Positions 37,958 through 47,414 of a DNA stretch of 64,000 nucleotides are shown here, piece after piece. Under the pieces are notes generated by a model. The model ran no database searches, was not told where the DNA came from, and worked only from the letters and a program-made list of their open reading frames with translations. The position numbers and the translations under genes are program-made. The DNA is from an uncultured Clostridia bacterium (GTDB lineage Bacteria; Bacillota; Clostridia; Peptostreptococcales; Anaerovoracaceae). The DNA lies in NCBI GenBank assembly GCA_934255135.1, contig CAKQMV010000008.1, positions 1-64,000 of the forward strand, in the 5' to 3' direction. How positions within the stretch are numbered: the stretch's first letter is position 1; each line of letters opens with the position of its first letter.

Positions 37958-39015
37958 TGGAAGAAAGAAAGCTTACAGCGAGAGAAATAATTGAGCAGTA
38001 CGACGGCCCGAAGATCAGAATTATGGAGGTGTGCGGAACGCATACACACGAAATCTTCAAGCTTGGAATCCGTAATCTGCTCCCGGAGAATATAGAACTT
38101 ATTTCGGGACCCGGATGTCCGGTGTGCGTAACTCCTTGCGGCTTTATCGACATGGCGTGCGAGCTTGCACTCGATAAGGGCTGTACAGTATGCACCTTCG
38201 GAGACCTTATAAGAGTTCCGGGAACCGAGATGAGCCTTGCAGATGCGAGAACTAAGGGTGCTGAGATTAAGATTGTGTATACAGCACTCGATGCGCTTGA
38301 TTTTGCAAGAAATAATCCTGATAAGGACGTTGTGTTCCTCTCTGTTGGATTTGAGACCACAACTCCTGCGGCCTGCCTTACTGTAAAGAAGGCTAAGGAA
38401 GAGGGAATCACCAACTACTCGATTCTTACAGCAAACAAGACTATGCCTAACGCGTACAACGCTCTTAAGGGAAGTGCAGATGCCTTTCTTTACCCTGGTC
38501 ACGTAAATGCGATCACAGGTGAAGAGGATTGCGAGAGACTCGCTTACGAAGAGGGAATCTCAGGCGTTATCGCAGGTTTTACGGCCAAAGAGCTTCTTAC
38601 TGCAATCGCGGTAATAATCCGCAGACTCGAGAAGGGTGAGCCGTTCTTCGTGAATTGCTATCCAAGAGTTGTAACAAGGGAAGGAAGCAAGCCTGCAAAG
38701 AAGCTTATAGACGAGACAATGGAGCTTACAGATTCAACATGGAGAGGACTTGGAGTTATCCCTAAATCAGGTCTTAAGCTCCGCGAGGAATACAAGGATT
38801 ACGATGCATCATACAAGTATGATGTGCCTTACACAGACGGCAAGCCTAATCCGGGATGCCGCTGCGGAGACGTGCTTCAGGGAAAGTGCAAGCCTTGTGA
38901 CTGTTCGCTTTTCGGCAAGATGTGCACACCACTTCACCCGGTTGGAGCTTGTATGGTAAGTAACGAAGGAAGCTGCTCAGCGTTCTATCAGTATGGAGGA
39001 ATAATCAATGGATAA
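37957..39015 (+). CDS. hypD: Hydrogenase formation protein HypD
   Basis: 352 aa with the GPGCPVCVTP motif and a C-terminal Cys-rich region. Its start shares one nucleotide with the hypC stop (TAATG). Confidence 0.92.
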   Translation: MEERKLTAREIIEQYDGPKIRIMEVCGTHTHEIFKLGIRNLLPENIELISGPGCPVCVTPCGFIDMACELALDKGCTVCTFGDLIRVPGTEMSLADARTKGAEIKIVYTALDALDFARNNPDKDVVFLSVGFETTTPAACLTVKKAKEEGITNYSILTANKTMPNAYNALKGSADAFLYPGHVNAITGEEDCERLAYEEGISGVIAGFTAKELLTAIAVIIRRLEKGEPFFVNCYPRVVTREGSKPAKKLIDETMELTDSTWRGLGVIPKSGLKLREEYKDYDASYKYDVPYTDGKPNPGCRCGDVLQGKCKPCDCSLFGKMCTPLHPVGACMVSNEGSCSAFYQYGGIING

Positions 39016-40012
39016 TGTAGTAAAGCTAGCTCATGGTGGCGGCGGAAAGCTGACATCTGAGCTTATCGAGAAGGTATTTAAGAAGCATTTTGCAAACGAG
39101 GCATTTACAGCAGACGATGCTGCAGTTTTAAACATCGGAAGTGGAAACATCGCAATGACTACAGACGGATTTATCGTATCACCGTTTGAGTTCCCTGGCG
39201 GAAACATAGGAAAGCTTTCAATCTGCGGAACTGTTAACGACCTTGCCTGCATGGGAGCAAAGCCTCTTTATATGACATGTGCTTTTGTCATCGAGGAGGG
39301 CTTCCCAATGGACAAGCTTGAGGAGATTGCTGCTCTCATGGAGAAGACTGCTGCAGAGGTTGGCGTTAAGATCGTTGCCGGTGACACTAAGGTTGCAGGT
39401 AAGGGTCAGGTAGACAATGTGTTTATCACAACTACAGGAATCGGCGTTCTGACTGAGGGTGTTAAGACTTCAGGTGCATTTGCAGAGAAGGGTGACAAAA
39501 TCATCGTTACTGGCGATGTTGGACGTCACGGCTGCACAATCCTTCTTGAAAGAGAGGACCTTGGAATCGAGGCTGATATCACGAGCGACTGTGCACCGTT
39601 GTGGAACACTGTAAAGTCTGTAATGGATGCGGCTCCTGACGTTCATGTAATCAGAGATGCTACAAGGGGCGGAGTTGGAACAGTTCTTTACGAAATCGCC
39701 GGCGAGAGTAACGTCGGAATCAGAATTGAGTCAGCAGATATTCCTGTTGATCCTGCTGTAGCAGGCGTATGCGGAATGCTCGGTCTTGATCCGCTCTACC
39801 TTGCCAACGAGGGAACAATGGTTATTATTGCACCTGCTTGTAGTGCTGATGCAGTGCTTACTGCACTTCATAATGATAAGTACGGAAAGAATGCAGCTAT
39901 TATTGGAGAGGTTACTGACGAGATGGCAGGAAGCGTAGTTCTCAGGACTGAGATCGGAACAGAGACAATGCTTCCACAGCCAGGCGGAGAGCTTCTTCCA
40001 AGAATCTGCTAA
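39008..40012 (+). CDS. hypE: Hydrogenase maturation protein HypE
   Basis: 334 aa with a PurM-like fold and the hallmark C-terminal PRIC motif. Confidence 0.92.
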   Translation: MDNVVKLAHGGGGKLTSELIEKVFKKHFANEAFTADDAAVLNIGSGNIAMTTDGFIVSPFEFPGGNIGKLSICGTVNDLACMGAKPLYMTCAFVIEEGFPMDKLEEIAALMEKTAAEVGVKIVAGDTKVAGKGQVDNVFITTTGIGVLTEGVKTSGAFAEKGDKIIVTGDVGRHGCTILLEREDLGIEADITSDCAPLWNTVKSVMDAAPDVHVIRDATRGGVGTVLYEIAGESNVGIRIESADIPVDPAVAGVCGMLGLDPLYLANEGTMVIIAPACSADAVLTALHNDKYGKNAAIIGEVTDEMAGSVVLRTEIGTETMLPQPGGELLPRIC

Positions 40013-40036
40013 TTCCCAGATAATGGAGTAATAGAT

Positions 40037-41092
40037 ATGAATAATCTTGAGAAGCTAAAAGAATTAGTGCTCAAGCTTAAAGACGAAAAGAGACTCGATA
40101 AGGATGAGTGGATACTCCTTATCGAGTCACAAAGTCCTGAGCTTATGGAATTTGTCTCTGAACACGCAAGAAATGTAAGAGAAGCTCACTACGGCAAGGA
40201 TGTCTATGTGAGAGGTCTTATCGAGATAAGCAATTATTGTAAGAATGACTGCTACTACTGCGGAATCAGAAAGAGCAATCTTAATGCGCACAGGTACAGA
40301 CTCTCTAAGGAGACGATACTTGACTGCTGCCGTGAGGGCCATGAGCTTGGCTACAGGACTTTTGTCATGCAGGGCGGCGAGGACATGCACTATAGCGATG
40401 ACCTCGTCTGCGATATAGTTTCATCCATCAAGGCAGAATTTCCAGACTCTGCAGTGACTCTTTCAATAGGAGAGAGGTCACGCGAGAGCTATGCAAGATT
40501 TAAGAAAGCAGGTGCTGACAGATATCTTCTTAGACATGAGACTGCATGCGAGGCTCATTATAGAAAACTTCACCCAGATGAGCTTACTCTTGCGAACAGG
40601 AAAAGATGCCTGTATGATTTAAAGGAACTCGGCTTCCAGGTGGGAGCCGGTTTTATGGTGGGCGCGCCATACCAGACCGTAGATAATCTTGCAGAGGATA
40701 TGATTTTCCTTAAGGAGCTTAGTCCTCATATGGTCGGCATCGGCCCGTTTATTCCACACCACGACACACCGTTTAAAGATATGCCGGCGGGAAGTGCTGA
40801 GCAGACGCTTTATTTTCTCAGCCTTACAAGACTGATGCTTCCATCAGTTCTGCTTCCGGCGACAACTGCACTTGGTACAATCTCTGACAATGGAAGAGAG
40901 CTTGGAATGCTTGCCGGTGCAAACGTTGTTATGCCCAACCTTTCGCCAGCGGAGGTGAGAGGCGATTATCTTCTTTATGATAACAAACTGTGCACCGGAG
41001 ATGAGGCTGCGCAGAATCTTGCTAATCTTAATAAGAGAATGGAGTCGGTCGGCTTTAATATTTCAATGACTCGTGGTGACTGGAAAGAATAA
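40037..41092 (+). CDS. hydE: Radical SAM maturase HydE ([FeFe]-hydrogenase H-cluster maturase family)
   Basis: 351 aa. RGLIEISNYCKNDCYYCGIRKSN carries CxxxCxxC. The protein is BioB/HydE-like throughout and its length matches HydE. Confidence 0.8.
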   Translation: MNNLEKLKELVLKLKDEKRLDKDEWILLIESQSPELMEFVSEHARNVREAHYGKDVYVRGLIEISNYCKNDCYYCGIRKSNLNAHRYRLSKETILDCCREGHELGYRTFVMQGGEDMHYSDDLVCDIVSSIKAEFPDSAVTLSIGERSRESYARFKKAGADRYLLRHETACEAHYRKLHPDELTLANRKRCLYDLKELGFQVGAGFMVGAPYQTVDNLAEDMIFLKELSPHMVGIGPFIPHHDTPFKDMPAGSAEQTLYFLSLTRLMLPSVLLPATTALGTISDNGRELGMLAGANVVMPNLSPAEVRGDYLLYDNKLCTGDEAAQNLANLNKRMESVGFNISMTRGDWKE

Positions 41093-41116
41093 AACTTTGA
41101 AACAGAAGGGAATACA

Positions 41117-42856
41117 ATGAAATTCAAGAGAAATAATCTTTCTAAAATGCTAAGCTACTATAAGCCTTACATGGGACTGTTCCTTGCTGATATGTTCTTT
41201 GCGACAATCAGCTCCGCGATAGCACTGTGTATTCCGCTTGTAGTAAGATACGTTACTTCGACGCTCGTTTACATGAAGCCGGAGGTTATTCTTGCACAGA
41301 CTTTAAAGCTTGCTATTCTGATGCTTGTGCTTGTGCTTGTTGATTTCGGTTCAAGATACTTTATCGGTAACTACGGACATGTGATGGGTGCGAAGATAGA
41401 ATATAACATGCGAGCAGAGATCTTCGACCATATGCAGAAGCTGTCATTCAGGTTCTACGATGATGCCAAGGTCGGACAGCTGATGAGCAGAGTCACAACA
41501 GACCTGTTTGATATCACTGAGCTTCTCCACCACGGTCCTGAGAACATTCTTCTTTCACTTCTCAAGATCTGCGGAGCTCTTGCAATCCTGTTTAGCATCA
41601 ATCCGAAGCTTACATTAGCGGCATTTATTATTCTGCCGTTTATGTTCATATATGCATACGTTCTTAACAAGAAGATGAGAAGGGCATTTAAGCTTAACAG
41701 AGTTAAGATCGCCGAAATCAACGGACAGATCGAGGACAACTTCTCAGGAATCAGAGTGGTAAAGTCATTTGCCAATGAGGATGTTGAGAATGGCAAGTTC
41801 AAGGTAGGAAATGATGGCTTCCTGTCATCAAAGAAGAACAATTACAGATATATGGGCCTTTTCCAGGCCGGAATTCAGGCGTTCAATACGCTGATTACAG
41901 TGTGCGTTATCATAATCGGCTGCGTTCTTATTGCAAGGGACAACCTTAATGTCAGCGATTTCGTAACGTTCCTTCTTTATATTAACGTATTCACTGATCC
42001 TATCAAGACTCTTGTAGATTTTACAGAGATGTTTCAGAACGGATACACAGGCTTCGAAAGATTCAGAGAGATTATGGATATCGAGCCAGATATTCAGGAC
42101 GATCCTGATGCAGAGGAGCTTGGAGATGTAGACGGTAACATAGTATTTGATGATGTATCGTTCTCATATAACGATAATTCTGGCGAGGTTCTTTCGAACG
42201 TAAATCTCGATATCAGACCGGGACAGTATATCGCACTTGTCGGTTCATCCGGTGCAGGTAAGACTACGCTTTGTTCACTTATTCCTCGTTTCTACGATGT
42301 GGATTCAGGAAGAATTCTGATTGACGGACACGACATCAGACATCTCAAGCAGAGAAGCCTCCGTAACAAGATCGGAATCGTTCAGCAGGACGTGTATCTT
42401 TTTGCCGGAACAATCTATGATAACATCGCATACGGTAAGCCGGGTGCGACAAGAGAAGAGGTCATCGAGGCTGCAAAGAATGCGAATGCGCATGACTTTA
42501 TAATGTCACTTGAGGACGGCTACGATACAGATATCGGACAGAGAGGAATCAAGCTCTCAGGAGGTCAGAAGCAGAGACTTTCGATTGCTAGAGTATTCCT
42601 TAAGAATCCACCTATCCTTATCTTTGATGAGGCAACATCGGCACTCGATAACGAGAGCGAGAGAATCGTTCAGGAGTCACTTGAGAAGCTCGCGGCTAAT
42701 AGAACAACTATCGTAATCGCCCACAGACTTTCAACTATCAGAAATGCTGAGAAGATTCTCGTTCTCACAGAGGATGGAATCGCAGAAAGCGGTACGCACG
42801 AGGAACTCCTTCACAAGGGCGGCGTGTACGAGCAGCTTTACAGAGGAACTATCTAA
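41117..42856 (+). CDS. ABC exporter, fused permease/ATPase (MsbA/type I exporter family)
   Basis: 579 aa with a 6-TM N-domain, Walker A GSSGAGKTT, signature LSGGQKQR and Walker B LIFDEATSALD. Confidence 0.88.
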   Translation: MKFKRNNLSKMLSYYKPYMGLFLADMFFATISSAIALCIPLVVRYVTSTLVYMKPEVILAQTLKLAILMLVLVLVDFGSRYFIGNYGHVMGAKIEYNMRAEIFDHMQKLSFRFYDDAKVGQLMSRVTTDLFDITELLHHGPENILLSLLKICGALAILFSINPKLTLAAFIILPFMFIYAYVLNKKMRRAFKLNRVKIAEINGQIEDNFSGIRVVKSFANEDVENGKFKVGNDGFLSSKKNNYRYMGLFQAGIQAFNTLITVCVIIIGCVLIARDNLNVSDFVTFLLYINVFTDPIKTLVDFTEMFQNGYTGFERFREIMDIEPDIQDDPDAEELGDVDGNIVFDDVSFSYNDNSGEVLSNVNLDIRPGQYIALVGSSGAGKTTLCSLIPRFYDVDSGRILIDGHDIRHLKQRSLRNKIGIVQQDVYLFAGTIYDNIAYGKPGATREEVIEAAKNANAHDFIMSLEDGYDTDIGQRGIKLSGGQKQRLSIARVFLKNPPILIFDEATSALDNESERIVQESLEKLAANRTTIVIAHRLSTIRNAEKILVLTEDGIAESGTHEELLHKGGVYEQLYRGTI

Positions 42857-42871
42857 AGAGGTAAATAATTG

Positions 42872-43780
42872 ATGGATAACATGCTTTATGTTGCACCGCT
42901 TGAGGGTCTGACTATGGCGGTGTGGAGAAAAGCGCATAGAGATGTGTTCGGCGGAGCGGATAAATATTTCGCTCCGTTTATTTCTCCAAATCAGAATATG
43001 TCGCTTACGGAGAAGGAGAGAAGAGATATCACGCAGGATGAGACAGATCTCGTTCCGCAGGTTCTAGTGTCGAATGTAGAACATTTCGCGTGGGCTTGTG
43101 AGACTCTTTTAGAGCTTGGGTATACGGAGCTTAATCTGAACTTCGGCTGCCCGAGTGGAACTGTCACTGCCAAAAGAAAAGGTTCAGGCCTTTTAAGAAC
43201 CCCGGATGCTCTCGATGAGTTTCTCGATGGAGCTTTTGAGGTGTCCCGTGGCATGACAATTTCTGTAAAGACAAGAATAGGTTATGAGGACTCGGACAGA
43301 TGGCCCGAGATTCTTAGCATTTATGAGAAATATCCGATAAGCGAGCTTATCATTCATCCGAGAATCCGTAAGGATTTCTATAAGGGCGAGCCAGATAGAG
43401 AGCTGTTCCTTGAGGCGATGAACGAAAGCCCGCTTAAGCTTGTATATAATGGAGATATTGCATCGCCGGAAGATCCGGCTCTTTCCTATGGCTGTGATGT
43501 GATGGTTGGAAGAGGGCTTATTGCAAGACCATCGCTATTTCGTGAAATAAGAGGAGGAGAGCCTGCGAGCATGGATGAACTTAAGCGCTTTCACGATATG
43601 ATTCTAGAAGGCTATATGGAATATATGCCGGGCGAGCTCCCGCTTCTACATAGAATGAAGGAGTTCTGGCACTATTTTTCGGAAAGCTTTGATGCTGATC
43701 CGAAGCTGGTCAGGAAAATCCTTAAGACTAAGAAGGTTTCAGAATATATGAACGCGGTGAATTCGATTTTTGCCGGATAG
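42872..43780 (+). CDS. tRNA-dihydrouridine synthase family protein
   Basis: Dus-like motifs VAPLEGLT and NLNFGCPSGTVTAKRKGSGLL. Confidence 0.75.
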   Translation: MDNMLYVAPLEGLTMAVWRKAHRDVFGGADKYFAPFISPNQNMSLTEKERRDITQDETDLVPQVLVSNVEHFAWACETLLELGYTELNLNFGCPSGTVTAKRKGSGLLRTPDALDEFLDGAFEVSRGMTISVKTRIGYEDSDRWPEILSIYEKYPISELIIHPRIRKDFYKGEPDRELFLEAMNESPLKLVYNGDIASPEDPALSYGCDVMVGRGLIARPSLFREIRGGEPASMDELKRFHDMILEGYMEYMPGELPLLHRMKEFWHYFSESFDADPKLVRKILKTKKVSEYMNAVNSIFAG

Positions 43781-43803
43781 AATAATTGACGGAGAGAGAA
43801 AAC

Positions 43804-44685
43804 ATGATTCAGGATATTGGAAAAGGAAGATTTGATAATCAGTATAAGAATGTAAAAGCGACAGAGGAGGATATGGCTGTCGTTTTCGCCGGTACATGCA
43901 AGAGGGACGATTCAATTCTTGCCGGCGTTGAATGGGCAGATGGCGTAGCTAAGACTGCATACTTTCCGACTGTAGGCGAGCTTTCAGAATGTGGATACAC
44001 AGCTGATGACTTTATTTATCTCTTTTCAATCGACGATCAGAGATATTTCATGCTCGACAGATACAGCGAAACAATCGATGGAGTAGAGAGACTTGCAGAT
44101 TATGAGTTTACTGCAATTAGAACGCTTACTAAGGTTGAGCCGATGGAGCTTGGCATGGCAGCGATTACTGCCTATCATCTCTTCGACTGGTACAGAATCA
44201 ATCAGTTCTGCGGACGCTGCGGCGGCAGGATGGTTCACGACTCTAAGGAACGTGCCAAGCGATGCACATGTGGCTGCGGTAATATGGTATTCCCTAAGAT
44301 CTGCCCTGCGTGCATAATTGCAGTTCGTAATGGTGATACAGTAATCACTTCAAGATATGCAGGAAGAGCTTACAGAGGTCGTGCGCTGATTGCTGGATTC
44401 TGCGAGATTGGTGAGACTGCGGAGGAGACAGTTGCAAGAGAGGTAATGGAGGAGATTGGACTTAAGGTCAAGAACATTACTTATTACGGAAGTCAGCCAT
44501 GGGGAGTTGAGTCAGATCTTCTTCTCGGTTATTATTGCGATGTTGATGGCTCGACAGAGATTCACATCGATGAGGAGGAGCTTGCGATTGCGGAGTGGAC
44601 ACATCGTGAAGACCTCGACCCTGAAGCAAATATGAGAACGCTTACCGGTACGATGCTTAATGCATTCAGAACCGGCGAAATTTAA
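43804..44685 (+). CDS. nudC: NAD(+) diphosphatase (NudC-type Nudix hydrolase)
   Basis: Zinc ribbon FCGRCGG...CTCGCG and Nudix box GFCEIGETAEETVAREVMEEIGL. The ATG at 43804 follows the RBS GGAGAGAG. Confidence 0.8.
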   Translation: MIQDIGKGRFDNQYKNVKATEEDMAVVFAGTCKRDDSILAGVEWADGVAKTAYFPTVGELSECGYTADDFIYLFSIDDQRYFMLDRYSETIDGVERLADYEFTAIRTLTKVEPMELGMAAITAYHLFDWYRINQFCGRCGGRMVHDSKERAKRCTCGCGNMVFPKICPACIIAVRNGDTVITSRYAGRAYRGRALIAGFCEIGETAEETVAREVMEEIGLKVKNITYYGSQPWGVESDLLLGYYCDVDGSTEIHIDEEELAIAEWTHREDLDPEANMRTLTGTMLNAFRTGEI

Positions 44686-44769
44686 ACATAAATATTAATA
44701 AAATCTTAATAATTCAGATACTTTTTTCTTAATGCACCTGTGAAGGATAATAAGCTCGGGAGGTATGAT

Positions 44770-45459
44770 ATGGCAACAATTCTAATATGTGACGACGAGA
44801 AGGATATCGTAAGCGCGCTTGATATCTACTTGTCATCAGAGGGCTACAGCATCCTGAGAGCTTACAACGGAGCGGAAGCACTCGAGAAGATAGAGAATAA
44901 TAATGTGGATCTCATTCTTTTGGACGTAATGATGCCTGTACTCGACGGAATACAGACAATCATGAAGATTCGTGAGAACCACGACATGCCCGTGATTTTC
45001 CTTTCAGCTAAGTCTGAGGATACGGACAAAATTCTCGGTCTCAATCTCGGTGCTGATGATTACGTAACGAAGCCTTTCAACATGGTGGAGGTTGCCGCAA
45101 GGGTGAGATCAAACTTAAGACGTATCAGAATGACCGCACCAAAGCAACTCGAGGATACACTTGTTATCGGTGGAATTTCTTTAAATGACAGATCAAAGCA
45201 GGTGACTGTCGATGGAGACTATGTCGAGCTCACACCTAAGGAGTACGAGATTCTGAAGCTCCTTATGAAGAACCCTGATAGAGTTTTCAGCAACAAAGAA
45301 ATCTACAAGGCAGTGTGGGATGAGAATCCTAACGGCTACGAGGGAACTGTATCAGTCCATATCAGACACCTAAGAGAGAAAATTGAAGTAAACCCGGCCG
45401 ACCCGCGCTATATTCAGGCTGTGTGGGGCCGCGGCTACAGACTCGAGAGAGGAAGGTAA
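44770..45459 (+). CDS. OmpR-family response regulator
   Basis: REC domain (ILICDDE...DLILLDVMMP) plus a winged-helix C-terminus (VWGRGYRL). Confidence 0.9.
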   Translation: MATILICDDEKDIVSALDIYLSSEGYSILRAYNGAEALEKIENNNVDLILLDVMMPVLDGIQTIMKIRENHDMPVIFLSAKSEDTDKILGLNLGADDYVTKPFNMVEVAARVRSNLRRIRMTAPKQLEDTLVIGGISLNDRSKQVTVDGDYVELTPKEYEILKLLMKNPDRVFSNKEIYKAVWDENPNGYEGTVSVHIRHLREKIEVNPADPRYIQAVWGRGYRLERGR

Positions 45460-45462
45460 GAT

Positions 45463-47400
45463 ATGGATAAATTATTTAAAAGTACAGCGGCCAAGGTCAT
45501 CGGACTTGCGGTGGCATCGGTACTTGCATCATTTATAATACTAAGCACTGCTGTGCTTGTGGGACTTAGCGATGAGGGACTATATTCAAGTTCTAGGGAG
45601 GATTTACTTAAAAGATATGCAGAGAACAGACTGTTTGGCTATTCTCTTTCATCGATGAATACGGTCGAAGAGTACTGTGGCGGCTGGGACGCGATGAATA
45701 CACATGATGATACAGCTGACCTTATGGCCAGTGCATGGAAGGATGGCTTCGATAAGGTTCAGTATGATGGATGCGACTTTCTTGTAACTGTTGACGGTAA
45801 GAAGGTATTCAGAACATTTAAGGATGGAACCCACTTTCGCTACACAGCAAATTCACAGCATAGTGTAAATGTTTCTGATGTTACTGTCAGAGTATATTCA
45901 GATGGTAACGGTACACTTGGCATTGAACTCGACATGTTATCGAAGGTGTATGATAACCGAAATGCGCTCATCATAATTGACTTTGTTTCAATCGCAGCAT
46001 TTATCGGTCTTGTGATATTCCTTATGATCGGTGCAGGAAGACGTCCAGGGGATGATTTGATTCATGATAGACGATTTATCGATCACATTCCTGCAGATGT
46101 CTATGCATTTCTTATAGTCTGCATTGATTGCTGTTTTATTATTCCAATAGGAATGCTATTGGACATGGGAATTGACAATATGTCACTTAATACAGTCGGC
46201 ATATTACTTGGTGGCCTTGGAACATTCTGCTTCGCAGTAGTACTGGCGTGGATGATGAGCTGTGCTGTTCAGTTCAAGCAAAAGCGTCTGTGGTCAGATC
46301 TGCTAGTTGTGAGATCCGTTAAATTCGTGCTTAGGACCCTTAAGCAGGTGTGGACTGGAATTGTTAAGCTGCTTCAGAAGGTGTCGGAGAGTCTGCCTGC
46401 GCTATGGAAGATTATGGTTCCGGCACTTGTAATATACGGACTGATTCTTATTTCAGGAATTATCTGTGTTAATCCATTTGGTTCACTTGATTCCGGATTC
46501 TTTATGCTGTTTGTTCTTGCTTCAGGTATGCTCTTTCTCACATGGTATCTAGCTTACTACATGAAGGAGATTGACGAGGGAACACAGAGAATCCTTGGAG
46601 GCGACCCGACTTTTGAAATAAACACAGAGTTTATGAGAGGACCTCTTAAGAGACACGCAGAAGACCTTGGAAGCATGGGTAGGGCTGTTGATGCGGCTGT
46701 AAATGAGAGAATGAAGAGCGAGCGTATCAAGACTGAGCTTATCACTAACGTATCTCACGACATCAAAACTCCGCTTACTTCAATTATAAATTACACTGAT
46801 CTTCTTGCTGCAGAGGAACTTGGAAGTGAGAATGCCAGGGAGTACGTTGAGGTTATTTCAAGAAATGCGCAGCGTCTCAAGAAGCTTGCAGTTGATGTTG
46901 TTGATGCATCTAAGGCAAGCACTGGTAATGTTGATATCAAGCTTACAGACTGCTGTCTCGGTATGATGGTTGAGCAGGTAGTAGGCGAGTATAGCGACAG
47001 GCTGGCAGAGAAGAACCTGACATCTGTTATGAATATCCCAGAAGATGATATTCTCGTATCAGCAGACGGTAGACAGTCATGGAGAATCTTCGATAATATG
47101 CTAGGCAACATCTACAAGTATGCTCAGGAGAACACTAGAGTGTACATAGATGTAATCTGCGATAAGAATTCTGATAATATGGCATATGTCTGCTTCAGGA
47201 ACATCTCAGCAGCAGAGCTTAACATAAGCGCAGACGAACTGATGGAGAGGTTCGTAAGAGGTGATTCTTCTAGAAATACAGAAGGAAGTGGCCTTGGGCT
47301 CAGCATCGCATCAAACCTTGCCAAGCTCCAGGGCGGCAAGATGGATGTTTCAATTGATGGCGACCTGTTTAAGGTGAAGATTGGTTTCCGTCTCGCATAG
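45463..47400 (+). CDS. Sensor histidine kinase
   Basis: 645 aa with multiple TMs, the H-box SHDIKTPLTSI, and an HATPase domain with G-boxes (GSGLGLSIA). Confidence 0.9.
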   Translation: MDKLFKSTAAKVIGLAVASVLASFIILSTAVLVGLSDEGLYSSSREDLLKRYAENRLFGYSLSSMNTVEEYCGGWDAMNTHDDTADLMASAWKDGFDKVQYDGCDFLVTVDGKKVFRTFKDGTHFRYTANSQHSVNVSDVTVRVYSDGNGTLGIELDMLSKVYDNRNALIIIDFVSIAAFIGLVIFLMIGAGRRPGDDLIHDRRFIDHIPADVYAFLIVCIDCCFIIPIGMLLDMGIDNMSLNTVGILLGGLGTFCFAVVLAWMMSCAVQFKQKRLWSDLLVVRSVKFVLRTLKQVWTGIVKLLQKVSESLPALWKIMVPALVIYGLILISGIICVNPFGSLDSGFFMLFVLASGMLFLTWYLAYYMKEIDEGTQRILGGDPTFEINTEFMRGPLKRHAEDLGSMGRAVDAAVNERMKSERIKTELITNVSHDIKTPLTSIINYTDLLAAEELGSENAREYVEVISRNAQRLKKLAVDVVDASKASTGNVDIKLTDCCLGMMVEQVVGEYSDRLAEKNLTSVMNIPEDDILVSADGRQSWRIFDNMLGNIYKYAQENTRVYIDVICDKNSDNMAYVCFRNISAAELNISADELMERFVRGDSSRNTEGSGLGLSIASNLAKLQGGKMDVSIDGDLFKVKIGFRLA

Positions 47401-47414
47401 TATTAATATGTATA

